In this document: piece after piece, positions 40,935 through 51,764 of the stretch | How the letters are laid out: every line of letters starts with the position of its first letter | Position numbering within the stretch: position 1 is the stretch's first letter | Source: Pseudobdellovibrionaceae bacterium | Lineage (GTDB): Bacteria; Bdellovibrionota; Bdellovibrionia; Bdellovibrionales; UBA1609 | Assembly (NCBI GenBank): GCA_030591685.1 | Contig: JAUVAX010000010.1 | Span: 1-64,000 of the forward strand | Length of the DNA stretch: 64,000 nucleotides | Direction of reading: 5' to 3' | Notes under the pieces: generated by a model | What the model saw: the letters and a program-made list of their open reading frames with translations, nothing else | Databases searched by the model: none | Told to the model about the DNA's origin: nothing | Position numbers and translations under genes: made by a program

Positions 40935-42608
40935 ATGAGCGAAGAGATTATATATACTATGAAGGGCGTGGGTAAAGTTTACCCCCCTAATAACTATGTT
41001 TTAAAAAATATTTATTTATCATATTTTTATGGGGCTAAAATTGGTGTTTTAGGTCTCAACGGGTCCGGCAAGTCAACATTGCTTAAAATAATGGCGGGAG
41101 AGGATCAAGAGTTTTTAGGAGAGGCCTTCCCAGCCAGAGACTTTAAAGTGGGTTATTTAAAGCAAGAACCTGAATTAGATAACTCTAAAACAGTAAAAGA
41201 AAATGTTTTAGAGGGCTTGGGTGAAGTGACCGAATGGTTAAAAGAGTTTAATGCCTTAAGTGAGCGATTATGTGACGAAGATATTACCCCTGAAAAAATG
41301 GAAGAGCTCATAAATATACAAGGGGACATACAAACAAAAATTGAATCGGTTGATGGTTGGGAGGTTGACCAAAAAGTAGAAAGAGCTATGGATGCTCTGA
41401 GGTGCCCGCCCGGCGAGAGTTCTGTTGTTAACCTCTCTGGGGGTGAAAAACGAAGAGTGGCTTTATGTAAGCTGCTATTATCTAACCCTGATATTTTGTT
41501 GCTCGATGAGCCGACAAACCACCTTGATGCGGAAAGTGTAGGTTGGTTAGAGCGCTTTTTAGAGAAGTTCCCCGGCACAGTCATTGCGGTCACTCATGAT
41601 CGATATTTTTTAGACAATGTTGCCGGCTGGATTTTAGAGCTTGATCGAGGCGAGGGGATCCCTTTTAAGGGCAACTACTCAAGCTGGTTAGAGCAAAAAA
41701 ATAAAAGGCTGCTGAGTGAGCAAAAGGGCCAAGAGAGGCGATCTAAATCTTTGCAAAGTGAGTTGGACTGGATACGTCAAGGGGCCAAAGGGCGTCAGAC
41801 AAAGGCTAAAGCTAGGATTAGCGCCTATGAGAGCTTACTCAAGGAGCCGTCTCCTGAGAAATTAAAAGAGATGCAGATTTATATACCTCCAGGCCCAAGG
41901 CTTGGTGGGTCTGTTATTGAGGCTAAAAATGTTTCTAAATCATATGGTGACAAGCTTTTGTTTGAAAATTTAAATTTCACGATGCCTCCGGGCAGTATAG
42001 TTGGTGTTATTGGCCCCAATGGGGCTGGTAAAACAACGCTATTTCGTTTAATCACGGAGCAAGAGAGCCCAGATGGAGGATCGTTTAACATTGGTCAAAC
42101 GGTTAAGTTGGCTTACATTGATCAGAGCCGCGAACTGGCTGCTGATAAGTCTGTATGGGAAGAGATCTCAGGCAATAATGATGTCATTGAGCTTGGTGGT
42201 AAAGAGGTGAACTCTAGAAACTATGTTTCAAGGTTTAACTTTACAGGTGGAGAGCAGCAAAAAAAGGTGGGCACTCTTTCAGGCGGAGAGAGGGGGCGTG
42301 TTCATTTAGCAAAAATGCTTAAGGAGCAGGCTAATTTATTGCTTCTTGATGAGCCGACTAATGATTTAGACGTAAACACTATGAGGGCTTTAGAAGAAGC
42401 GCTCTTAGATTTTGGTGGCAGTGCTGTGATCATAAGTCATGACAGATGGTTTTTAGACCGTGTGTGCACACATATATTAGCCTTTGAGGGCGATAGCCAG
42501 GTGGAGTGGCACGTGGGTAACTACACCGAGTATAAAGAGGCTAAAAGGGCCAGACTAGGTGATCAGGCCTCTGAACCTAAGCCTATTAAATATAGGTCTC
42601 TACAGTAG
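40935..42608 (+). CDS. ettA: ABC-F energy-dependent translational throttle protein
   Basis: Two ABC domains; GAKIGVLGLNGSGKS, GRQTKAKAR, IPPGPRLG. Confidence 0.95.
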   Translation: MSEEIIYTMKGVGKVYPPNNYVLKNIYLSYFYGAKIGVLGLNGSGKSTLLKIMAGEDQEFLGEAFPARDFKVGYLKQEPELDNSKTVKENVLEGLGEVTEWLKEFNALSERLCDEDITPEKMEELINIQGDIQTKIESVDGWEVDQKVERAMDALRCPPGESSVVNLSGGEKRRVALCKLLLSNPDILLLDEPTNHLDAESVGWLERFLEKFPGTVIAVTHDRYFLDNVAGWILELDRGEGIPFKGNYSSWLEQKNKRLLSEQKGQERRSKSLQSELDWIRQGAKGRQTKAKARISAYESLLKEPSPEKLKEMQIYIPPGPRLGGSVIEAKNVSKSYGDKLLFENLNFTMPPGSIVGVIGPNGAGKTTLFRLITEQESPDGGSFNIGQTVKLAYIDQSRELAADKSVWEEISGNNDVIELGGKEVNSRNYVSRFNFTGGEQQKKVGTLSGGERGRVHLAKMLKEQANLLLLDEPTNDLDVNTMRALEEALLDFGGSAVIISHDRWFLDRVCTHILAFEGDSQVEWHVGNYTEYKEAKRARLGDQASEPKPIKYRSLQ

Positions 42609-42705
42609 TGATTAGAGCTTAAGTCAGTGTCGAGGGCTTTAGTCGGGAAGGTCCTATTAAGGACTATAAACACTCTCTGTCACTTAAGGCTATAGGGGTT
42701 ACTAG

Positions 42706-42733
42706 TAAGACTTCTCTTTGCAGTTGCCGATAG
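42706..42733 (+). promoter_or_regulatory. Putative sigma28 (FliA) promoter
   Basis: TAAG-N16-GCCGATAG ending 6 nt before ATG 42740. Confidence 0.5.
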
Positions 42734-42739
42734 GTAATT

Positions 42740-43295
42740 ATGCCTAAGACAGAGAGAACATTTAGCGAGATATTACAAAAAAAAATAGATCAAAACCATG
42801 TTGATGCCTCGTCATTATCAGAGGTCTATTTTGATGAAATGCCATTTATGACCCAAGTTTTTTATGGTCTCTCTCGAGTCAAACTCAGTCAAACATCACA
42901 AATTAATGAATATATGAAGCAGAGCGCAAAGAATTATAAAAGGCAAAATTTAAGAGATTTTACAGTGGCTCCCCCCCCCGCAACAGCACCCCCATGTGGA
43001 TGTTAAAAAAGAGCCCGAAGAGCCAAAAATTCACTTCTCTAAACTCTCAATAAAAGCACAACAATGTTGCGTGCTACTAAGAAGTTTTGGGGCCGAGTTC
43101 GTCGACCAAGAACTGACTAAAACCCTTATAAAACAAGAGTTTCGGAGGATGGCTAAAAAACTACATCCAGATTTAAATGGTGAAAATAGTGAGTTAAAAA
43201 AACAAGAGTTTGCCTTACAGTTTCATAAAATGAATGAAGCTTACAACGTTTTAAAATTAGAGGTGGACGAGGCACTCTTGCCCCCCCCTATGTGA
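42740..43295 (+). pseudogene. J-domain (DnaJ-like) protein, frameshifted at a C9 tract
   Basis: ORFs 42740-43006 and 42996-43295 join if C9 (42971-42979) is C8; KKLHPD J-domain motif. Confidence 0.6.
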
Positions 43296-43456
43296 TTCAC
43301 ACAATAAGGCCAGTTAATCGGCGAACAAATAAAAAAATAAAAAAAAATGTATTTTTTATTTGGATAAAAAAAAACCTTTAGCTATGATTGCCTCACTAGC
43401 ACAAACTTCCTAGGATGGAAGACAACTCAACAACCATAATTATGGGGGATTAAAAC

Positions 43457-43981
43457 ATGGCTAAGAAAAAAGCTAAGAAAAAAGCAACGAAGAAAAAGGC
43501 AGTTAAGAAAAAAGCCACTAAGAAAAAAGTAGCTAAGAAAGCCACTAAGAAAAAAGCGGCTAAGAAAAAAGCCACTAAAAAGAAGGCTACTAAGAAAAAA
43601 GCCGCCAAAAAAGCGACTAAAAAGAAGGCCACTAAGAAAAAAGTAGCTAAAAAAGCGACTAAAAAGAAAGCCACTAAGAAAAAAGTAGCTAAAAAAGCGA
43701 CTAAAAAGAAAGCCGCTAAGAAGAAGACGAAAAGAAAGCCAAATGCCGCTTTCATGCGTCCTTTAACTCCTAGTTCTGCACTTGCAGCTGTTGTAGGGAC
43801 ATCACCACTTCCAAGAACCCAAGTGGTAAAAAAATTATGGCAGTACATTAAAAGACATGATCTTCAAGATCCTAAAAACAGAAGAAACATCCTTGCTGAT
43901 ACTAAGCTAAAGCCAGTATTTGGTAAAAACTGTGTTTCTATGTTTGAAATGACAAAACTTATTAGCAAACATTTAAAATAA
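43457..43981 (+). CDS. H1-like Lys-rich protein with SWIB/MDM2 domain
   Basis: KKAT/KKKA repeats, then PSSALAAVVG, RTQVVKKLWQYIK, LQDPKN. Confidence 0.92.
   Translation: MAKKKAKKKATKKKAVKKKATKKKVAKKATKKKAAKKKATKKKATKKKAAKKATKKKATKKKVAKKATKKKATKKKVAKKATKKKAAKKKTKRKPNAAFMRPLTPSSALAAVVGTSPLPRTQVVKKLWQYIKRHDLQDPKNRRNILADTKLKPVFGKNCVSMFEMTKLISKHLK
43460..43730 (+). repeat. Coding low-complexity repeat (KKKAT/KKKVA units)
   Basis: Visible repeats gccactaagaaaaaa / gcgactaaaaagaa. Confidence 0.8.
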
Positions 43982-44001
43982 GTTTTTTAGAAGTTATATT
44001 T

Positions 44002-44034
44002 AAAAGCCTACCCTTTATGGGGTGGGCTTTTTTT
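44002..44034 (+). terminator. Intrinsic terminator
   Basis: AAAAGCCTACCC/GGGTGGGCTTTT plus T-run. Confidence 0.8.
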
Positions 44035-44213
44035 GTTTTATAGGCCTTTTTTGAGGAACCTTAAGGCTATATAAGTGGTATTTTTTTAAGAATGTACGTT
44101 TGAGCGGCATTAGTGATCAGCCCCAATCCCTATTAAAAGTGAGCACAGTGAGGGTTTTGCTTGACCTTAGCCCCTCAAAAAAGTTTTGATGTTTAGCATT
44201 GGAGACTATTTTT

Positions 44214-44972
44214 ATGAAGCCTATGACAATGGATGAAGTAAAACTGATGGAGAAGGCCGGACGCTTGGCTGGGGAGACCTTAAAACACGTTGGCCAGTTT
44301 GTGAAAAGCGGAGTCTCTACAAATGAACTGGACAAAATAGTACATGATTACACTTTAACCAATGGGGCCGTACCGGCCACATTGGGTTATAATGGGTTTC
44401 CTAAGAGTGTGTGCACATCAGTGAATGAGTGTATTTGTCATGGGGTGCCGAGTGAGTATATTTTAAAAGATGGGGACATGTTGAATATTGATGTCACAAG
44501 CATTCTCAATGGGTTTCACGGTGATACATCGGGGATGTTTACTGTAGGCACGACTAAAAAAGAAACCTTAGATTTAATTAGCTGCGCTCAGCAGGCCATG
44601 GAAAAGGGGATAGAGGCCATTATGCCTAAAGGGACCACCGGTGATATTGGTTTTGCTATAAATAAGATTGTGACTAAAAAAGGGTACTACGTGGTCAAAG
44701 AAATTGGTGGCCATGGCATTGGAAGAACCTTTCATGGAGACCCTTTTGTGCCCTCGTTTGGTAAAAAGGGAAAGGGCGAGCTTATAAAGCCCTGGACGTG
44801 CTTAACCGTTGAGCCCATGGTCAATGAGAGCCCGGCCCCTATAAAGGAGTTTGCCATACCTAATTCTAACGTAAAGTACTATGAAACAGGTGATAACGCC
44901 CTGTCGGCACAGTTTGAGCATACAATATTAATAACAGACGAGTCTTTTGAGGTTTTAACCCTTGTGGATTAG
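44214..44972 (+). CDS. map: Methionine aminopeptidase type I
   Basis: SVNECICHG, GFHGDTS, GHGIG, EPM, AQFEHT; GGAG RBS before 44214. Confidence 0.96.
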   Translation: MKPMTMDEVKLMEKAGRLAGETLKHVGQFVKSGVSTNELDKIVHDYTLTNGAVPATLGYNGFPKSVCTSVNECICHGVPSEYILKDGDMLNIDVTSILNGFHGDTSGMFTVGTTKKETLDLISCAQQAMEKGIEAIMPKGTTGDIGFAINKIVTKKGYYVVKEIGGHGIGRTFHGDPFVPSFGKKGKGELIKPWTCLTVEPMVNESPAPIKEFAIPNSNVKYYETGDNALSAQFEHTILITDESFEVLTLVD

Positions 44973-45119
44973 AGAACTTTGCCTATGGGCGTAAAGTGAC
45001 TTTTTTAAGGAGTCGTTGTTTTATAAAGCGCAAGGCATAAAAAGTGAATAAAAGAGCTTCATTATAGCCTTGGTTCCATGTAATATATTTTAAATAAATT
45101 CTACTCTAAGGAGAATACG

Positions 45120-46508
45120 GTGAGCACTATGGCTATAAATGATATCCCCACACATGGGCCTTTTAAAGCAGGCACAAAAGAAGTTGATTACACAGTTTGT
45201 AAAGAAGCCATGGATAACCCCGAGAGGTTTAAAGAACTCGCGACTTGGGGTCGTAAAGAGATGAACATTGCCGAAGTTGAAATGCCAGGCCTTATGGCTT
45301 TAAGAAAAGAATTCGGAGACACCCAGCCTTTAAAGGGTGCACGAATTGCGGGTTGCTTACATATGACCATTCAAACAGCGGTACTTATTGAGACCCTTCA
45401 AGCTCTTGGGGCTTTTGTAAGATGGTCTTCTTGTAATATATTTTCAACTCAAGACCATGCGGCTTGTGCTGTAGCGGCTGCTGGTACTCCAGTGTTTGCC
45501 TGGAAAGGGCTCACCGAAGAAGAGTTCGTATGGTGTATAGAGCAAACTATTACGGGCTGGGGGGATGAAGGTTATGACCTGATCCTTGATGATGGAGGCG
45601 ACCTCACAAACATGATGCATGAGGACCGTTTTGCCGGCGAAATGAGACAAATAGTAGGTATTTCAGAAGAAACAACAACTGGAGTGCATAACCTTATTAA
45701 ACTAGCAGAGGCCGGAAAATTAAAAAAACCAGCCATTAATATTAATGACTCGGTGACAAAGTCAAAATTTGATAACCTCTATGGGTGTCGGGAGTCTCTT
45801 GCCGATGGTATTAAGCGGGCCACTGATGTTATGTTGGCCGGTAAAGTTGCCGTTGTTGCTGGCTACGGTGACGTGGGTAAAGGAAGCGCTCAGTCTTTAG
45901 GTAATTACGGAGCCCGAGTCTTGATTACTGAAATAGACCCTATATGCGCCCTTCAGGCTGCTATGGAGGGTTATGAAGTTGTAACTATGGATGAGGCTTG
46001 CTCTCGTGCCGATATTTTTGTGACGGCCACCGGGTGCTGTGAGGTAATTATGCCCACTCATTTTAAAAAAATGAAATCAGGCGCTATTGTTTGCAACATT
46101 GGTCACTTTGATAATGAAATTGATATGGATTGGTTGAACAAAAATTCTGAAATGGATGAAGTAAAGCCACAGGTTGATGTTCATAAGTTTTCAGATGGTC
46201 GTGAAATCATTGTGTTAGCAAAAGGCCGTTTAGTGAACCTAGGTTGTGCTACAGGCCACCCTTCGTTTGTGATGAGTAATTCGTTTAGTAACCAAGTGCT
46301 CGCTCAAATGGAACTATGGATGAATAAAGGTCAAAGTAAGTACGAAAAACTAGATGTCTACCGTTTACCAAAAGAACTAGATGAAAAGGTGGCGGCTTTG
46401 CACTTAGAAAAAATAGGCGTGAAGCTCTCTGTTTTATCAGACAAACAGTCGGCTTATTTGGGACTAAATCAAACAGGCCCATTTAAACCTGAACACTATA
46501 GGTACTAG
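45120..46508 (+). CDS. ahcY: Adenosylhomocysteinase
   Basis: [37 protein letters not shown]. Confidence 0.98.
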   Translation: MSTMAINDIPTHGPFKAGTKEVDYTVCKEAMDNPERFKELATWGRKEMNIAEVEMPGLMALRKEFGDTQPLKGARIAGCLHMTIQTAVLIETLQALGAFVRWSSCNIFSTQDHAACAVAAAGTPVFAWKGLTEEEFVWCIEQTITGWGDEGYDLILDDGGDLTNMMHEDRFAGEMRQIVGISEETTTGVHNLIKLAEAGKLKKPAININDSVTKSKFDNLYGCRESLADGIKRATDVMLAGKVAVVAGYGDVGKGSAQSLGNYGARVLITEIDPICALQAAMEGYEVVTMDEACSRADIFVTATGCCEVIMPTHFKKMKSGAIVCNIGHFDNEIDMDWLNKNSEMDEVKPQVDVHKFSDGREIIVLAKGRLVNLGCATGHPSFVMSNSFSNQVLAQMELWMNKGQSKYEKLDVYRLPKELDEKVAALHLEKIGVKLSVLSDKQSAYLGLNQTGPFKPEHYRY

Positions 46509-46574
46509 GTACTATTAAGAGAAGAAAGTCTTTTTAAGCCTTCTTCTCTTTCTACATTACCTTTAGCCGTTACG

Positions 46575-46619
46575 AAAAAAAGCCTCGTTCGCCCTTTGCG
46601 CGAAAGAGGCTTTTTTTTT
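46575..46619. terminator. Bidirectional intrinsic terminator
   Basis: A7-GCCTC...GAGGC-T9 between convergent genes. Confidence 0.75.
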
Positions 46620-46725
46620 AAACGAGCAAGCAGGGATCAGTTTAAAATCTAATTATATTTTTATATTATTGTTTTACTCGTAGCCCTGCTGCACTGAGAG
46701 TGGCATCTAGAGATTAAAAAATGAT

Positions 46726-47304
46726 TTAACTGGGCTCAGTCAGTGAGTTCGCATGAAGGTTTTCTGAGTTCAGCGCTTTAACAAACTTTATAAACCCTTT
46801 GGTTTGTTTTTCTAATAGTGCATAAAGGGCTTCATCTTTTATTTCATTATTTTTAACAATATCCCAAACGTTTGTTATAAAAACCCGTTCAGGGTACATA
46901 AAAGCGTTTCTGTAGCCAAATACACCCTGAAGGTGTTCAACAGGCCTTAACCCACCAAATCGCCCCCCTAAGCCTATAAAGCATACAGGGCGGTACTCAA
47001 AACTTTTAGGGTAGCTCCAATGGTCTATGAAAGTCTTTAATGCTCCGGGGAAGGAGCCATTGTACTCAGGTACAACAACTATAAGCCCATCTGAGAGGTC
47101 AATTTTTTCTATGGCTTGGGCAATATCTTGGGGCTTTTTTTTATCACCATAATATTCATTGTCTAAGTTTTGTAAATTAAGAGTCTCTAAGTTTATAATC
47201 TCAGGGGTTTCAGTGTCATGCTTAGAGTAAAGTGCTTGGATAGCCCTTGAGACTTCAGCGCTCTTTGAGGCGGGCCTGTTTGTGCCACAAATTATATGTT
47301 TCAT
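46726..47304 (-). CDS. NADPH-dependent FMN reductase
   Basis: GTNRPAS, PEYNGSFPGALK. Confidence 0.92.
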   Translation of the reverse strand: MKHIICGTNRPASKSAEVSRAIQALYSKHDTETPEIINLETLNLQNLDNEYYGDKKKPQDIAQAIEKIDLSDGLIVVVPEYNGSFPGALKTFIDHWSYPKSFEYRPVCFIGLGGRFGGLRPVEHLQGVFGYRNAFMYPERVFITNVWDIVKNNEIKDEALYALLEKQTKGFIKFVKALNSENLHANSLTEPS

Positions 47305-47358
47305 ACTTGAGGGACTCCTTTTTAAATGAACTTATCTGTGAAACAAGACTCTGTATAC

Positions 47359-47392
47359 AAAAAAAAGAGGGCCAATGAGCCCTCTTTTTTTT
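47359..47392 (-). terminator. Intrinsic terminator after carbonic anhydrase
   Basis: A-run GAGGGC-CAATGA-GCCCTC T-run. Confidence 0.8.
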
Positions 47393-47413
47393 AAAAATAA
47401 AATATATAATAAA

Positions 47414-48235
47414 TTAATAGTTAGTGCTGGTCCTGCCATGGAGTCGTTGAACGGGGCGATTGTTGGTTTTATAAAAAGACTTTAGCTTTTTTATTTGCTG
47501 GGCTGAGGCGGTGATAGGGGTATTTAAAATGCTCCATAGTACGCCCTCTGTGCAAGGAGGTGTTGTTAATGAGCCCTTGTATGAGTAATGGGTCATAATA
47601 GGGGGCAACAGTTGGCCAGGGTTTAATTTCAATTTTGTGGAGTTAATCTTGTTTTTTTGAGAGGGGATACTTTTTAAAATAGTATCTAAATGGGGATTTG
47701 AGTTTCCTTGAGAGATCATCACGGCAATCACAGCAATGGCCCCTGAGGAGTTTTTATGAACAAAGTGAATCTCAGCAGGGTAGTGCTTGCCGCTGATTGT
47801 GTGCTCACTGGGTGAGTGAAAGTGGAGCTGTTGTAAGGAGTATATGGAGCTAGAGATGCTAGCTAACTGCTGAGAGGCAAAGTGAACTTTAACTGAATGC
47901 CCCGTGTCTGAGGTGGTTAAGGGCTCATCCATGTATTTAAATTGAAGTGTTCGTTTTTCATTAGGTTTTCTCCATATTAAATTAATTGGAGATTGAGACT
48001 TGCCATTTTTACAGGCCGCGTATTCGGGGCTTAGGTTACCCCAGAGTTCAGGGCCAAAGAGACCTTCGTAGCTCCAATGGGTGGTTAGTTTATTTGGGCT
48101 TTTGGGACTCAACATTTTCTTAGGGGCTTTTTGTTGTGCTTTTGTCCCTGGCAGAGTGGCTGACTTCTTTTTGTTTTTAGAGGAACAAGAGACAATAAGA
48201 GTTAATAACGATATGACAATTAGTAGATGTTTCAT
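47414..48235 (-). CDS. Alpha-class carbonic anhydrase, lipoprotein
   Basis: Lipobox IVSC; QSPIN, HFHSPSEH, EIHFVH, GSLTTPPCTE. Confidence 0.93.
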   Translation of the reverse strand: MKHLLIVISLLTLIVSCSSKNKKKSATLPGTKAQQKAPKKMLSPKSPNKLTTHWSYEGLFGPELWGNLSPEYAACKNGKSQSPINLIWRKPNEKRTLQFKYMDEPLTTSDTGHSVKVHFASQQLASISSSIYSLQQLHFHSPSEHTISGKHYPAEIHFVHKNSSGAIAVIAVMISQGNSNPHLDTILKSIPSQKNKINSTKLKLNPGQLLPPIMTHYSYKGSLTTPPCTEGVLWSILNTPITASAQQIKKLKSFYKTNNRPVQRLHGRTSTNY

Positions 48236-48408
48236 TGATGACCTTCTTTTATTAGAATTTTTTAGTTCAGTGTTTATTTTAATGAAGTTTTCAAAAAGCA
48301 CAAAAAGAAGTTCACATTTTAACGTGACGCGTAATATTGAGTAAAACATATATCATGTCTTATGGAGAGGTTTTAGTATGGAGTCCTTTTATAAAAGGAG
48401 ACTTTAGT

Positions 48409-49167
48409 TTGCTATTAAAGCCAATATACCTACTTTGGGGACTTTTTTTAGGCGCTATTTTTATTATATACACAATGATCATTTCATTTGTGCTTGTAGT
48501 GATGGCGCTATTTATGAACGACAAAACATTTTTTCATAAATTCATCAGTGTTGTGTGGGGCCGTTCTTTATTGTTTATGTGCTCTGTTCGTCATGAAGCA
48601 AGAGGTTTAGAGCATTTAAAAGGCAATCAGGGGGGCTTACTATTATTTAATCATGCTAGTAATTTTGATATTGTCGCCTTAGTCGCCAGCTTTCCGCAGT
48701 TAAATTTTGGAGCCAAGGCTGAATTGTTTAGGGTGCCCTTTTTGAGTCGAGGGATGAAGCTTCTGGGGGCACTCCCCATTTATAGAAAAAAAAGATTTAA
48801 GGTTCTACAAATATATAAAGAGGCCGAGTCTCGTATGAAAGACGGTGAGTACTTTGCTTTAGCTCCTGAAGGCATGAGGGTTGATAACGACTCAATACAG
48901 CCCTTTCGATCAGGCCCCTTTTTATTTGCTGTGGGGGCTGGAGGAGACATCTATCCCACAGTTATAGCAGGTGCTCGTCAAGTAATGAAAAAAAACAGCC
49001 CATTTGTTAACCCAGGTCGCTTGGGCGGACGAATCATTGTAGAGATACTGCCTCCTCATTCAACAAAGGGGCTTTCTCAAGAGGATATCAAAACTCTAAA
49101 AAAACAAATATTTGAAAAAATGAACGATAAACATATTCTTTTAAGAAAAGAAATGGGCATTAATTAG
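48409..49167 (+). CDS. 1-acyl-sn-glycerol-3-phosphate acyltransferase family
   Basis: NHASNFD, APEG motifs; AAGGAG RBS before TTG 48409. Confidence 0.88.
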   Translation: MLLKPIYLLWGLFLGAIFIIYTMIISFVLVVMALFMNDKTFFHKFISVVWGRSLLFMCSVRHEARGLEHLKGNQGGLLLFNHASNFDIVALVASFPQLNFGAKAELFRVPFLSRGMKLLGALPIYRKKRFKVLQIYKEAESRMKDGEYFALAPEGMRVDNDSIQPFRSGPFLFAVGAGGDIYPTVIAGARQVMKKNSPFVNPGRLGGRIIVEILPPHSTKGLSQEDIKTLKKQIFEKMNDKHILLRKEMGIN

Positions 49168-49708
49168 AAGTGGTATTTTCATCACTGTCATCCCAAAAAT
49201 GATAGGTGAGCCCAACGCCGATATAAAGTGATTTACCAGGCCCTATGTTAAGTTTAATATCTGAGCGTATAAATAAAGGGCCAGAGATTTGACTGGTAAA
49301 GCCAAACCCTCCATGGATCCCTGATTTAGCTGTATAGTCAAAAGTAAAAACTTGAGTGGGGGCTCTTTTGTATCTGTGATAATCCATCCCTAGGGTCATA
49401 AACCCATTCACGACATCATAAGCCTCAAAATCTATACGCATCCCTATAGAGGCATTCATATAATCTACATCACCACCTCGCCCACTAATGTACATAAATT
49501 CAAAGTGAGTGAGTTTAGTCGGAAAGCTCGCATGGATGCCCGTAAATGTGAGCATTTCCTTAACCCCGCTAGAAACCCCTTTAGGTAAAAATTTACCCAT
49601 AGTAAGCCCAACTTCCCACGCCTTTTGCGGGTAAAACAAAACATCCTCAACACAGTGCGCCCTTGGTGCAGCGAGGAGTATAAATAAAAGTGTGAAAATC
49701 CGAATCAT
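49160..49708 (-). CDS. Outer-membrane beta-barrel protein
   Basis: Signal peptide; amphipathic strands ending GLTYHF. Confidence 0.65.
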   Translation of the reverse strand: MIRIFTLLFILLAAPRAHCVEDVLFYPQKAWEVGLTMGKFLPKGVSSGVKEMLTFTGIHASFPTKLTHFEFMYISGRGGDVDYMNASIGMRIDFEAYDVVNGFMTLGMDYHRYKRAPTQVFTFDYTAKSGIHGGFGFTSQISGPLFIRSDIKLNIGPGKSLYIGVGLTYHFWDDSDENTTSN

Positions 49709-50487
49709 AGCTTTCCAAACGTATCTTGAGTTTTACTCTTAATATCAATGCTTTTGTTATCAAGCTCATCTAAAATAACTAAACAGGTGTCATGGACAAG
49801 CAAAAGTGCTGGATTTGAGTTAAATCTAGATAGAGACTTTAAAAAGGTGAGTGTTGTTTTTGCCCAAAATTCAACACTTTTAAAGGCTTCGGTATTATTG
49901 TTGTTAATAGTGCTTTTCCATTGAGCCGTTAAGTTTTTAACAGTTTCCATGAATTCACTTTGGGCCTTAAAAGCCAGTCTCAAAATTTTTGAAAATATTA
50001 ATAGTGGTAAAAGTATTCCAAAAGTAAAACTAAATATAAGGCTGAATATAAGTAACCCCTTGAGACTATTTAATGACTCTTGATTTTTACTAATTTTATT
50101 TGAATTATTAACAATCCATTTTGACAGATCCTTTTTTAGTAAAGTTAAATTAGCACTTGATTGGAAATTTATAAGGCCTTCTCTCAGAATTTGCTCAGAC
50201 CAATTAAAGCTCTGGGGTTTTAACTTTGACCTTTCAAGTTTTACGAGCTTATTCCAAAGGCCCATTTTTTTGATAGACTCTTTGTTTTCAACTTTAGTAA
50301 TGTCACTAATAAGGCTGTAAATCGTCCCCGTAACCTTTTGTAGTTCATTTGTACTACTTAAGGTGTCGTTGTTAGCTTTGTGGTAAAACACTATAAATCC
50401 AACTCCTGAGATCATAAAAAAAATATTAAAAAAGAGCACGAAAATAAAACACCATTTTAACAATTTTAATTTTGTAAATACGTTCAT
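49705..50487 (-). CDS. Two-TM membrane protein with periplasmic helical domain
   Basis: Two hydrophobic segments flanking ~100 aa, chemoreceptor-like topology without a signalling domain. Confidence 0.65.
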   Translation of the reverse strand: MNVFTKLKLLKWCFIFVLFFNIFFMISGVGFIVFYHKANNDTLSSTNELQKVTGTIYSLISDITKVENKESIKKMGLWNKLVKLERSKLKPQSFNWSEQILREGLINFQSSANLTLLKKDLSKWIVNNSNKISKNQESLNSLKGLLIFSLIFSFTFGILLPLLIFSKILRLAFKAQSEFMETVKNLTAQWKSTINNNNTEAFKSVEFWAKTTLTFLKSLSRFNSNPALLLVHDTCLVILDELDNKSIDIKSKTQDTFGKL

Positions 50488-50501
50488 AATAACAGCCTCA
50501 G

Positions 50502-51764
50502 TTAAATAATTTTATATGATTTAAGTTCTCTAAATAATGTTCCAAAAATAACTTTAAATATTACAATAGTGGGTATGGCTAAAAGCATACCCGCTACGCC
50601 TAAAATGAGAGACCCGCCCATTACACCAAGGACAATAACAAGTGGATGTAAGTTGACAACACTACCGAGCACAAAGGGTTGGTATATAGAGTTATCTAAG
50701 AACTGAACAAAAAGAACAATGACAAGAACTGCAAAAACTAAATTTTGATCTGTTATAAAAGGGAGTACAGAGTCGATGTTTTCAATAATAAGAGCATAAC
50801 TCATTCCGAAAACTAAACCGATAACTGGACCTAAAAAAGGAATGGCATTTGAAACTCCGGCAAATAAACCAATTAATATGGCCACTTTAAAGTTTAAGCC
50901 AATAATAAAAAGTCCCAATGTCAAACTTAGGCCCACAAGGGCACATTGTAATAGAGTTCCACGTAAATAATTGCCAAGGGCGATGTCAACCTCATCAATA
51001 ACGGTTAAAGAAAGTTCAAAATATTTATTGGGTATTTTTTGTATTAGGTATTTAGGAGTTTTGCCTTTATCAAATAATAAAAAAATAAATACAAATGGCA
51101 GCACAAGCCAGGTGGAGAGGGTGTTAACTATTTTACCGAGTAAAGAGGTGTTGTGATCAATAGAAGTGACGACGCTGCTGGCCACCGTATCCGCTGAGTC
51201 CTCAATGAGCGAGGATTTGCTGGATAACTTTTGATTGTGTAAGAAGTAGCTAAAGTACTTTCTCTTTATCTCAGCAGGGGTTGTGTTATTATAGTTAGAT
51301 ATAAAGAGGCTTTGCTGTTGCTTGTTGAGTTCGAGCCATTTATTTACTGTATCAATAAAAGGGGTGATTTCATTTTTAAGTAAGGAGTGAATAAAATTAC
51401 CATGAGCCTTGTCATTATCAAGACCCATAAGGGAGTTGTATTTTTCGTTAAATTTATATTGTACGCGCACCATAAGTTCAATTTTTTGATTTTCATCTGG
51501 GATTTGAGATTTTATAAAAATATAAGCATTAAAAAGGCCATAGCAAAATAAGGAAAGTAGGAGCACAACGCTTAGTCCTTCGGGTATTTTAAAAAATTTA
51601 AATGAATTAATAAGTGGCTTAAAAAGATAAGCAAGAAGAACTCCAATAATTGTAGGTAGTAGGAGAGGGCTTAATTTCCAAAATAGAAATAAAAATATAA
51701 AAGCAGATAGAATGCCAGTTAGAGCGTAAAGTATTTTTCTTCTACGGGCTCTAGAGGTTTCCAT
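50502..51764 (-). CDS. AI-2E family transporter
   Basis: LAYLFKP, YLRG, IPFLGP, LHPL, GMLLAIP. Confidence 0.9.
   Translation of the reverse strand: METSRARRRKILYALTGILSAFIFLFLFWKLSPLLLPTIIGVLLAYLFKPLINSFKFFKIPEGLSVVLLLSLFCYGLFNAYIFIKSQIPDENQKIELMVRVQYKFNEKYNSLMGLDNDKAHGNFIHSLLKNEITPFIDTVNKWLELNKQQQSLFISNYNNTTPAEIKRKYFSYFLHNQKLSSKSSLIEDSADTVASSVVTSIDHNTSLLGKIVNTLSTWLVLPFVFIFLLFDKGKTPKYLIQKIPNKYFELSLTVIDEVDIALGNYLRGTLLQCALVGLSLTLGLFIIGLNFKVAILIGLFAGVSNAIPFLGPVIGLVFGMSYALIIENIDSVLPFITDQNLVFAVLVIVLFVQFLDNSIYQPFVLGSVVNLHPLVIVLGVMGGSLILGVAGMLLAIPTIVIFKVIFGTLFRELKSYKII

Noticed and set aside
43450..43848. Hydrophobic minus-strand 132-aa ORF
   Set aside because: Antisense shadow of the H1-like/SWIB gene
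44975..45119. Possible SAH riboswitch upstream of ahcY (AAGGAGTCGTTG...AGCCTTGG)
   Set aside because: Only loose resemblance; no pseudoknot partner (CAACG..GCTC-like) found downstream
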